Shown one piece after another: positions 19,889-28,334 of a stretch of DNA of 64,000 nt (within the stretch, counting starts at the first letter, position 1; each line of letters starts with the position of its first letter). Made by a program: the position numbers and the translations under genes. The notes below the pieces were generated by a model. It was given only the letters and a program-made list of their open reading frames with translations. It did no database searches and was not told the origin of the DNA. Source of the stretch: Longimicrobiales bacterium (lineage in GTDB: Bacteria > Gemmatimonadota > Gemmatimonadetes > Longimicrobiales > Gaopeijiaceae); the NCBI GenBank assembly GCA_965226375.1, contig CBDDCX010000007.1, positions 416,001-480,000 of the forward strand, read 5' to 3'.

Positions 19889-20899
19889 TCAGGCTCCGGT
19901 CGTCACGGAGGGACCACGCACGGCGATGAGCAACGCGTTTGAAACGCTCTCGAGCCCCAGTTCGTGGATCTTCTTTCCCGCCGCCGGGGACGACTCGGGA
20001 ATGGTGACTTCGTCAATGCGCAGGTTGGCGTCCTGGTCGCGGAGCATGACGTCCAGGAAGTTCACCACGGTGGGCCTGATGAGCTCCGAAGCCAGACGGA
20101 GCCCACCGATATAGGTCGGCGACACCACGGCGTTCGCTCCGACTCGCCGGATCTTGTCCTCGGAGCGGATGTCGGTGACGCGCGACACGATACGAATAGA
20201 GGAATTCAGTTGGTGGGCGCTCAGGGTGATGACAACGTTCTCCTTATCGTTGTCCGTGCATGCGACGATTCCTGCGGCCCTCTCGACACCCGCGGCGATC
20301 AACACTTCGTCGGACGCGGGATCCCCGACAATGAGCGGTGTATCCGCGATTTCGCCGCGCAAGTAGTCGACCTGGTCCCGCTTCTCACAGACCAGCACGA
20401 CCTGTCTGCGTACCGAGAGGAGCTCTTTGGTGGTGTAGACGGCTGTGCCTCCGGCACCGCACACGATCAAATGCCCCGACATGCTGCCGATGGTTTTCTC
20501 CAACTTCCGTCTCTTGAAGACGTGCCCGATCTGTCCCTCGAGTATGAGGGCCGTCGCGGTCGTGACAAAGTAGAGCACTCCGCCCATCCCCACGAGAATG
20601 AGCACGGCCGTGAAGATGCGTCCGCCGGGACGAGCGCTCATGTCGACGATCTCACCGAACCCCACGGTCGTGAGCGTAATCGCCGTCATGTAGAAGGCGT
20701 CCACCCACGCGACCCTCGGGTCGATGATGCGATACCCGACCACGCCCACCACCATGACGCAGCAAAGGAACAGCGCCGCAACGCTCAGCCGCAGCCTCAG
20801 CTGTCGCAGATCTTCATCCACCTCCGTGGGCGTGACGTCGTATACGTTCAAGTTTCGCAGGCTGCAGAAGAAGTACAGCGGGCCGCGTTGCCGATGCAA
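19889..20899 (-). CDS. Potassium channel with TrkA-N (RCK) domain and apparently shortened TrkA-C domain
   Basis: Pore motif TLTTVGFG, HLIVCGAGGTA, GDPASD; true start probably downstream of the ORF start. Confidence 0.85.
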   Translation of the reverse strand: MHRQRGPLYFFCSLRNLNVYDVTPTEVDEDLRQLRLRLSVAALFLCCVMVVGVVGYRIIDPRVAWVDAFYMTAITLTTVGFGEIVDMSARPGGRIFTAVLILVGMGGVLYFVTTATALILEGQIGHVFKRRKLEKTIGSMSGHLIVCGAGGTAVYTTKELLSVRRQVVLVCEKRDQVDYLRGEIADTPLIVGDPASDEVLIAAGVERAAGIVACTDNDKENVVITLSAHQLNSSIRIVSRVTDIRSEDKIRRVGANAVVSPTYIGGLRLASELIRPTVVNFLDVMLRDQDANLRIDEVTIPESSPAAGKKIHELGLESVSNALLIAVRGPSVTTGA

Positions 20900-21086
20900 C
20901 GGCCTGAGATTCTAGGCGGAGCGATACTGGTTCACTGACGTGAATCTGCCCCTCAGATCTGCCGAAAAGCAAGTAAGTTTGCCCATTGTGGCACTCCGGA
21001 GCGGCCATTGCCCCACCCCGACCACCACGGCATGTTTCGGCACTTCAGTCTTACGAATAGCGGCTCCAAAGCAGGGCAACGGGTAA

Positions 21087-21686
21087 TTGGCGTACATCCC
21101 ATACGTTCCGTACGAAGAGGCCGAGGGCCCGCTCGCCGAGCTGTATCGGCAATTCGGAGGCTCCGAATCGAGCGTGGACAACATCATCCGGATCCACTCC
21201 TTGAGCCCACCCTCTATGGAGCACCACGTACGCCTCTACGCACACCTCATGCGAGGCAAGTCACCATTGAGCCAGGCACAGCGCGAGATGATCGCGATCA
21301 CGGTCTCGGCTGTGAACGACTGCTTCTATTGAATCAACCATCACGGGGCGGGACTCCGTACGCTCACTGAAGACGCCGAGTTGTCCAGGGCCCTGGCCCG
21401 CGACTATCGGGAGGCCGATCTCGAGATCGACGATCGGGCGATGCTCGACTACGTGGTGAAATTGACCCTGACACCCTGGAAGATTGGCGAGGCCGATGTC
21501 TCACGACTTCGGGAGGTGGGATTCGACGATGCCGGCGTTCTCGATATCTGCCAGATCGCCTGCTACTACAACTATGTGAACCGCCTGGCCGACGGGCTGG
21601 GTGTCGAACTGGAGTCCGACTGGAAACGAGGCCCTTTGACCCTCACCCGGGCCGAGTTCGAGGAACGACGACGGACCACGGAATGA
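21087..21686 (+). CDS. AhpD/carboxymuconolactone-decarboxylase-family peroxidase-related enzyme, probable selenoprotein (CxxU)
   Basis: ORFs 21087-21332 and 21381-21686 share a frame with only TGA (21330-21332) between them: VSAVNDCFY-U-INHH; SECIS-like hairpin at 21343-21359; C-terminal YYNYVNRLADGLGV. Confidence 0.88.
21343..21359 (+). promoter_or_regulatory. Putative bacterial SECIS element
   Basis: ACGGGG-CGGGA-CTCCGT stem-loop starting after a 10-nt spacer from the in-frame UGA; G at second loop position. Confidence 0.65.
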
Positions 21687-21928
21687 TCGAGCTCACGGGC
21701 CATGACCTCTCGTTGGAGACCATCGAAGCGGCGGCGGTCCACCTCGTCGTGCCTCGGGTGGGGTCCGTGGGCGCCAGCGGTGATCTGGCGCCTTTGTCGC
21801 ACATCGCGCTGGCTCGGACCGGAGAGGGCAAGGTCGAATTCCAGGGCGTGATCCGAGATACGAGAGACGTGTTCACCGAGCTGGGCGTTGAGGCTGTCGA
21901 GCTTCGCGAGAAGGAGATAGAGCTTTGA
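21683..21928 (+). pseudogene. hutH: Histidine ammonia-lyase remnant (81-codon minigene after two large deletions)
   Basis: HutH-like N-terminus MIELTGHDLSLE joined directly to GSVGASGDLAPLSH (MIO-forming ASG); ends after ELREKE; full HutH is about 500 aa. Confidence 0.85.
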
Positions 21929-23592
21929 GTACGATTGCAGAGCCGCGGACGATCCGTGCAGCCCGCGGGAACGAGCTTTCTTGTCAGGGGTGGACACAGG
22001 AAGCTGCCCTGCGAATGCTCATGAACAACCTGGATCCAGAGGTCGCCGAGCGGCCGGAAGATCTGGTGGTCTACGGGGGAACCGGCCGAGCCGCCCGGAG
22101 TTGGGAGGCGTTCGATGGCATCGTGGCGACCCTTAAGGAATTGGAGGACGACGAGACGCTTCTCGTGCAGTCCGGCAAGCCGGTTGGGGTGTTCACCACA
22201 CATCCCGGCGCTCCTCGGGTCCTGATCGCCAACTCGAACCTGGTAGGCCGGTGGGCGGACTGGGACCACTTCAACGAGCTCGAACGGAAGGGTCTCATGA
22301 TGTACGGCCAGATGACGGCCGGCTCGTGGATCTACATCGGAAGCCAGGGCATCCTACAGGGCACGTACGAGACCTTCGGCGCCATGGCGCGACAGCACTT
22401 CGGTTCCAGCCTGAAGGGCCGCTGGGTGCTCACCGGCGGAATGGGGGGCATGGGGGGTGCCCAGCCGCTTGCCGCCACCATGAACGGCGGCGCCATCCTA
22501 GTCGTCGAGGTGGATCCGACGCGCATCCAGCGGAGGCTCGACACCGGATATTGCGACCGGATGACTGACGATCTCGGTGAGGCGCTGGAATGGACGCGCG
22601 GGGCCGCCGACCGAGGTGAGGCCCTCAGCGTCGGGCTCGTGGGCAACTGTGCGGAGGTGATCCCCGAAATTGCCGCTCGAGGCATCGTCCCCGACTTGCT
22701 CACCGACCAGACGTCGGCTCACGACCCCTTGAACGGCTACGTGCCCGCCGGCTTGTCTCTGGAGGCCGCGGAGGCCCTACGTACACACGATCCTGCGGAA
22801 TACGTACGCCGCTCCATGGAGTCCATGCGGGCCCACTGCGAGGCCATGGTGGAGCTCATGCGCGCGGGTGCGCACACCACCGACTACGGCAACAACCTTC
22901 GTACGCAGGCGCTGGACGCCGGCTTCGAGGACGCTTTCGCGTTTCCCGGCTTCGTGCCCGCCTACGTGCGTCCTCTGTTCTGCGAGGGGAAGGGGCCGTT
23001 CCGCTGGGTGGCGCTTTCGGGTGACCCCGCCGACATCCACCGAACCGACGATCTCGTGCTGGAGATGTTCCCCGACGACGAACATCTCGTGCGGTGGATC
23101 GAATTGGCACGGGAGAAGATTCATTTCCAAGGTCTGCCTGCCCGAATTTGCTGGCTCGGGCAAGGAGAGCGGGCCCGTTTCGGTGTGGCTATGAACGAGT
23201 TGGTTGCCAGTGGAGAAATCTCCGCGCCCATCGTCATCGGGCGAGACCACCTCGATACGGGATCGGTGGCGTCGCCCTTTCGTGAGACCGAAGCGATGCT
23301 CGACGGAAGTGATGCGGTGGCCGACTGGCCGATCCTGAACGCCCTACTGAATACGGCGTCGGGGGCGAGCTGGGTGTCGTTCCACCACGGGGGTGGTGTC
23401 GGCATCGGCAACTCGCTCCATGCGGGCCAGGTCCTCGTGGCCGACGGCACGCCCGAGATGTCCGAGAGGATCGGCCGTGTGCTCACAAATGATCCCGGCA
23501 TCGGTGTGGTGCGTCATGCCGACGCCGGTTACGAGAAGGCGGTAGAGACCGCCGAGCGAGAAGGACTTCGTCTTCCAATGCGTGAGGGTTAG
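21925..23592 (+). CDS. hutU: Urocanate hydratase
   Basis: [41 protein letters not shown]. Confidence 0.97.
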   Translation: MSTIAEPRTIRAARGNELSCQGWTQEAALRMLMNNLDPEVAERPEDLVVYGGTGRAARSWEAFDGIVATLKELEDDETLLVQSGKPVGVFTTHPGAPRVLIANSNLVGRWADWDHFNELERKGLMMYGQMTAGSWIYIGSQGILQGTYETFGAMARQHFGSSLKGRWVLTGGMGGMGGAQPLAATMNGGAILVVEVDPTRIQRRLDTGYCDRMTDDLGEALEWTRGAADRGEALSVGLVGNCAEVIPEIAARGIVPDLLTDQTSAHDPLNGYVPAGLSLEAAEALRTHDPAEYVRRSMESMRAHCEAMVELMRAGAHTTDYGNNLRTQALDAGFEDAFAFPGFVPAYVRPLFCEGKGPFRWVALSGDPADIHRTDDLVLEMFPDDEHLVRWIELAREKIHFQGLPARICWLGQGERARFGVAMNELVASGEISAPIVIGRDHLDTGSVASPFRETEAMLDGSDAVADWPILNALLNTASGASWVSFHHGGGVGIGNSLHAGQVLVADGTPEMSERIGRVLTNDPGIGVVRHADAGYEKAVETAEREGLRLPMREG

Positions 23593-23598
23593 CAGCAG

Positions 23599-25431
23599 AT
23601 GTCACAAAGGATCGTCGAGTGTGTCCCCAACTTCTCCGAAGGGCGAAATCCCGCCGTCCTGAAGGAGATCACCAACGCCGTCGAGGCCGTTCCGGGCGTG
23701 AGCCTTCTCGACGTCGATCCCGGGGCCAATACCAATAGAACCGTCGTCACGTTCGTCGGCCCTCCTGAAGCCGTGGAAGAGGCCGCCTTCCAGTGCGTAG
23801 CCCGTGCGGCCCAGCTCATCGACATGCGGGAGCACCAGGGGGCACACCCCCGGATGGGGGCCACCGACGTGGTGCCCTTCGTGCCGGTGTCCGGCGTGAC
23901 CATGGAAGAGTGTGTGGAGATGGCCCGACGCGTCGGAGAGCGGATCGGCTCGGAGCTGGATATTCCGATCTTCCTCTACGAGAACGCGGCGACTCGCCCG
24001 GAACGGCGCAACCTGGCACAGGTACGATCCGGCGAGTACGAGGGCATGGCCGAAAAGCTCAAGGACCCGGATTGGCATCCGGACTTCGGGCCGCGGGACC
24101 TGAACCCTACTGCAGGAGCCACCTGTGTGGGCGCTCGGGAGTTCCTGATCGCGTACAACATCAACCTGAATTCCACCGACCGGCGTTATGCCAACGACAT
24201 CGCTTATGCGATCCGTGAGCGAGGGCGATGGAAGCGGGTCGGCAACACCGACCCGTTCTACTACAAGGGTGAGGTAGTGCGCTTCGCCGAAGACGGCACC
24301 TATCCCTGCGGTCCCTGCGACTTCCTCGGCGGAAGCTTTGCGGAGTTGGAGACCCACTACCGAGATGTCCACGGCGGCGATCTTCGGGCGCGGTATCAGG
24401 CGCTGGACATCGATCCCGACGCTCCGTCCGGCCCCGTTTTCGACGATGGCCTGTTTACGGACGTGAAGGCCATCGGTTGGGTGATCGACGAATATGAGCG
24501 GGCTCAGATCAGCATCAACTTCACGAACTACAAGGTGAGCCCTCCTCACGAGGTGCTGGAGGCGGCTCGGGAAGAGGCACGCAAGAAAGGTGTGATCATC
24601 ACTGGCTCCGAGCTGGTGGGCTTGATCCCGTTCGAGGCGCTGCGGCAGGCCGGTGTCTTCTACCGTAAACGGGCCATGAAGTCGACAGGCATTCCGGTTC
24701 CCGATCTGCTGGAGACGGCCATTCAGTCCATGGGGCTGAGAGATGTGGCGCCATTCGACGTCGAGGAAAAAGTGCTCGCCGCACCCACTGCGGAGGGGCC
24801 GCTGGTGCGACGACCCACGTACGACTTCATCGACGAGGTCTCGCGGGAGACACCCGCGCCGGGCGGTGGATCGGTAGCTGCCTTGGCTGGCGCTCTCGGC
24901 GGGGCGCTGGCATCGATGGTGGTGAATCTCTCGGTGGGGAAGGGTGAGTTTGACGATCGCTACGAGCAGCTCTGTGCGATCGCGGAGCGCGCTCAAGCCG
25001 TGAAGGATTTGCTCGTGCGTATGGTCGATGAGGATACACAGGCCTTCGACTCCGTCCTTACCGGCATGCGCATGCCGAGGGACACGGAGGAGGAGCGGGT
25101 TCTTCGTTCCGCGGCGATCCAGGAGGGTTATAAGACCGCCACCCTCGTGCCCCTCAGGACGGCTGAAGGATGCCTTGAGGCCATGACGCTATGCCGGGAG
25201 ATGGCCGGCATGGCTACGCCCGAGATGATCAGTGACGTGGGATCCGGGGCTCTCATGGCCCATGCAGGCCTCAAGTCGGCTATCTACAACGTGCGCATCA
25301 ATCTGCCGAATATCTCTGACGACGCGTTCGACAAAGAGGTGCGTGGCAAACTGGATGGGCTCCTGCAGGGGGCCGACGAAGTTGCGCGTGAGGTGGAGGG
25401 GTTCGTAGAAGCGGCGCTGGAGGTCGGTTGA
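23599..25431 (+). CDS. ftcd: Glutamate formimidoyltransferase/formiminotetrahydrofolate cyclodeaminase (bifunctional) with internal insertion
   Basis: VECVPNFSEGR, HPRMGATDVVPF, PAPGGGSVAA, YNVRINL. Confidence 0.95.
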   Translation: MSQRIVECVPNFSEGRNPAVLKEITNAVEAVPGVSLLDVDPGANTNRTVVTFVGPPEAVEEAAFQCVARAAQLIDMREHQGAHPRMGATDVVPFVPVSGVTMEECVEMARRVGERIGSELDIPIFLYENAATRPERRNLAQVRSGEYEGMAEKLKDPDWHPDFGPRDLNPTAGATCVGAREFLIAYNINLNSTDRRYANDIAYAIRERGRWKRVGNTDPFYYKGEVVRFAEDGTYPCGPCDFLGGSFAELETHYRDVHGGDLRARYQALDIDPDAPSGPVFDDGLFTDVKAIGWVIDEYERAQISINFTNYKVSPPHEVLEAAREEARKKGVIITGSELVGLIPFEALRQAGVFYRKRAMKSTGIPVPDLLETAIQSMGLRDVAPFDVEEKVLAAPTAEGPLVRRPTYDFIDEVSRETPAPGGGSVAALAGALGGALASMVVNLSVGKGEFDDRYEQLCAIAERAQAVKDLLVRMVDEDTQAFDSVLTGMRMPRDTEEERVLRSAAIQEGYKTATLVPLRTAEGCLEAMTLCREMAGMATPEMISDVGSGALMAHAGLKSAIYNVRINLPNISDDAFDKEVRGKLDGLLQGADEVAREVEGFVEAALEVG

Positions 25432-25567
25432 AACGGTAGACCGCGCTCAGGTCTGCAGGGGGAAGGCGCTTAGGCGTCCAGGGAAAAACGCTCAGGCCTC
25501 TAGGGGGCGAGTACGGGCCCCTGAGGATCCTGGGCGCGCAGAAGACGACAATAGAATAGGACTCCTT

Positions 25568-26794
25568 TTGGCTTTCGACAGTGTTTGGCTGAACGGTCAC
25601 CTCGCCACCATGCGGAGCGGCGGAGCCGCGTACGGGGAGGTGCCCGACGGTGCGGTGGCCGTGACCGGTGGGCGGATCGACTGGGTGGGTCCCAGGTCGG
25701 AACTCCCCGCCGACGACGTAGGTCCGGAGACGGTCGAACACGATGTACAGGGTGCCTGGCTTACCCCCGGCCTCATCGATTGTCATACCCACCTGGTATT
25801 CGCAGGCGACAGGGCGGACGAGTTCGAGGCGCGCCTTCAGGGTGCGTCGTATGAAGAGATCGCCCGCTCGGGTGGGGGCATTCGCTCCACGGTCCGTGCC
25901 ACTCGCGAGGCGACCCCGGAAGAACTGGAAGCCGGCGCTTCCGCGAGGGCCGGCCAGTTGCTGAGGCAGGGCGTCACCACCGTCGAGATCAAGTCGGGAT
26001 ACGGGATGGATGTCGTCACCGAGTTGGCGATGCTGCGAGCGGCACGGAGCGTAGGCGAAAGTCTGCCACTCACGGTGAAGGCCACGCTGCTCGCTCTCCA
26101 TGCCCTCCCGGCGGACTTCGACGGGCGTCGCGAGGACTTCCTTGCTCTGGCGCTGAAGGAGCTCTTGCCCGCGGCCGTAGAGGAGGGGCTGGTCGATGCA
26201 GTCGATGCCTTCTGCGAGGGCATCGCGTTCACCCCTGACGAGTGCGCCACATTTTTCCGCGCCGCCACTGACCTGGGGCTTCCGGTCCGACTCCATGCGG
26301 ACCAGCTGTCGGACACGGGAGGTGCCGCCCTGGCGGCCAGTTTCTCGGCGCTCTCCGCCGATCATCTCGAGTACACTTCGGAAGAGGGTGCGCGTGCGAT
26401 GGCCGCCGCCGGGACGGCGGCCGTTCTGTTGCCCGGCGCGTTCTACTATCTGCGCGAGACCCACACCCCTCCAGTAGACGCATTCAGAGAGCACGGTGTC
26501 CCGATGGCTCTGGCCACCGACGCGAACCCGGGCTCGTCTCCCATCCTATCGATCCTGACGATCCTCAACATGGGCTGCACTCTCTTCAGGTTGACTCCGG
26601 AGGAGGCGCTGGCGGGTGTGACGAGAAATGCGGCAGGAGCTCTGGGCCTCGGGACCGAAGCGGGCACTCTGGAGCCGGGAAAGCGAGCGGACCTGGCTCT
26701 TTGGGACGTGGAGCACCCGCGCGAGCTGGCCTACTGGATCGGCACGAATCCGTGCCGATCCGTGGTCAAGGACGGAGTTCCGGTCGGGACCTAG
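25568..26794 (+). CDS. hutI: Imidazolonepropionase
   Basis: PGLIDCHTHLVFAG, EIKSGYG, HADQL, ADHLE, ATDANPGSS. Confidence 0.96.
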   Translation: MAFDSVWLNGHLATMRSGGAAYGEVPDGAVAVTGGRIDWVGPRSELPADDVGPETVEHDVQGAWLTPGLIDCHTHLVFAGDRADEFEARLQGASYEEIARSGGGIRSTVRATREATPEELEAGASARAGQLLRQGVTTVEIKSGYGMDVVTELAMLRAARSVGESLPLTVKATLLALHALPADFDGRREDFLALALKELLPAAVEEGLVDAVDAFCEGIAFTPDECATFFRAATDLGLPVRLHADQLSDTGGAALAASFSALSADHLEYTSEEGARAMAAAGTAAVLLPGAFYYLRETHTPPVDAFREHGVPMALATDANPGSSPILSILTILNMGCTLFRLTPEEALAGVTRNAAGALGLGTEAGTLEPGKRADLALWDVEHPRELAYWIGTNPCRSVVKDGVPVGT

Positions 26795-26809
26795 TGTCTT
26801 GTCCCCCGG

Positions 26810-28150
26810 TCAGCCCCCTCTGGGGCGCCGCACTGCCGCTCGGGACCGGCCCGAGGAGCCGCTCCGTGACGGAGCGCTGCGAGCGGAAGATGAGCGGCTG
26901 GGTGCGCTTCGGGTCGACGACGAGCGAGAGGGCGCCGCACGTGCGGAACTCCGACCCGAGCTTCTGCTCGGCGCGGCCGAGCGGGGCGTCGGGCGGCTAC
27001 TGCGTGCGGAACTCCGACTCGGTGCCGATCTCGACGGGGCTCGCCTCGTCGCACTAGACGGTGCACTTCTCGCGCGGCTCGGAGCTACCCGAGGTGCAGA
27101 ACGTACCCGACTCGGAGTCGCTTGTCGCGTGCCGGACCTCGACGGTGCAGACCGTGTCGTGGCGCTCGGGCGCTGGCGGGTCGAACGCGTGGTCGACGAA
27201 GGCCGGCCGGTGCTCGACCGGCGCGCAGTCGGTGTGGCCCGGGCCGACGTTGCACGCCTCGATGGCGCCGCACGTGTTACTGTCCGGCTGGGTGCTCGGG
27301 TGCCGGACACGGTCGACCGTGTGTTGGTCCGACTTCGCACGGCATCCGAAGGACGGGCTCGCGTGGCCGTAGCTCGGGCTCCCGTCACCCGGCTGCCGGC
27401 TGCGCGGCCGGCTGAAGCACGAGTCGCCGGTGCCACGGCCCGACTTGCCGTCGAGTTCCGCCGAGCAGAGCGGGCGACGATGGCCGACACGTCACTCCGC
27501 GCGGCGCTATTCGCGCTGGGCGTGGTCGTCCCCGACCGCGGAGTGGCCACCCGTGAAGCGGCAGTACGCCGTGGCGACTCCTTATAACCCGTACCGTTGA
27601 TGGCTCGACCTCGTCCGGGCCGCCAGGCGACCGCTGAGCGAGGCACTACGTAGGTGGGTTGCGCGTGATAATTGTAATAGCCGTAACTCCCATACCCGTG
27701 CCCACCACCGTAGTGGTTCCCGTACCCAAACCAGTTGTAGGCGTAGAGGTTGCCGAAGCTCAGGTGGGTGCCCACGCCCCAGTAGGGATACCCCCAGCCG
27801 TATCCCCAATAGCCTGGATAAGAGAAGCGCCAAGGCACGTAACCGTAAGACAGACTGACGAAGTGGCTACCGTGATAGTGATCGTCATAGCGATAGCGGC
27901 TGGTATAGCCTGCATCGTAGGCGCCGTAGAGGCAGGGAAAGACGTACCAATCGTAGTAGCCGTAGTCCCAGCAGGGATCGTCATAAGCGGGTTCGTACCA
28001 CGGGTCCACGCTCGTGTAGGACAACCCCACTCCAAAACCCACTCCGAGCGAGAAGGAGAAGCTGCTCCAGGAATACTGTGCAGCCACCGCTTCCGGACGC
28101 CAAGTGAGGGCGCAACCGAGTATCAACGCCGTTCCGATCAGCCTACGCAC
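26810..28150 (-). CDS. Hypothetical secreted protein with Tyr/Gly/Trp-rich N-half and Arg/Ser/Ala/Thr-rich low-complexity tail
   Basis: Signal peptide (..AVAAQ), AAGGAGG upstream, strong compositional bias. Confidence 0.7.
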   Translation of the reverse strand: MRRLIGTALILGCALTWRPEAVAAQYSWSSFSFSLGVGFGVGLSYTSVDPWYEPAYDDPCWDYGYYDWYVFPCLYGAYDAGYTSRYRYDDHYHGSHFVSLSYGYVPWRFSYPGYWGYGWGYPYWGVGTHLSFGNLYAYNWFGYGNHYGGGHGYGSYGYYNYHAQPTYVVPRSAVAWRPGRGRAINGTGYKESPRRTAASRVATPRSGTTTPSANSAARSDVSAIVARSARRNSTASRAVAPATRASAGRAAGSRVTGARATATRARPSDAVRSRTNTRSTVSGTRAPSRTVTRAAPSRRATSARATPTARRSSTGRPSSTTRSTRQRPSATTRSAPSRSGTRQATPSRVRSAPRVAPSRARSAPSSATRRAPSRSAPSRSSARSSRPTPRSAAPSRSSGRSSARAAPSRSSSTRSAPSRSSSARSAPSRSGSSGRSRAAVRRPRGG

Positions 28151-28334
28151 GATATGCCTCCTTGGAAGGTCTTCCTGAAAAGCAGTGCACGGCCCGTGCC
28201 ACGGAAGAAACGTCCTGAAACGTCTTTATCTAAGCCAATGGGAACGATTAGTGCCACCTCTATGGGCCCATAGTGTCCCCGATGTAGGACGGGCGTAAAG
28301 CCCCGTCCAGGACAGGCTGAACCGACCTTCGTGC

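Noticed and set aside
21683..26794. hut genes as an ergothioneine degradation pathway (ergothionase/thiourocanate hydratase)
   Set aside because: HutU and HutI look canonical and are accompanied by FTCD; nothing in the sequence distinguishes them as thio-specific.
26628..27587. Long antisense or alternate-frame ORFs (also 7054-8832, 23602-24996, 45019-46800 and others)
   Set aside because: Shadows of real genes in GC-rich DNA with no recognisable motifs.
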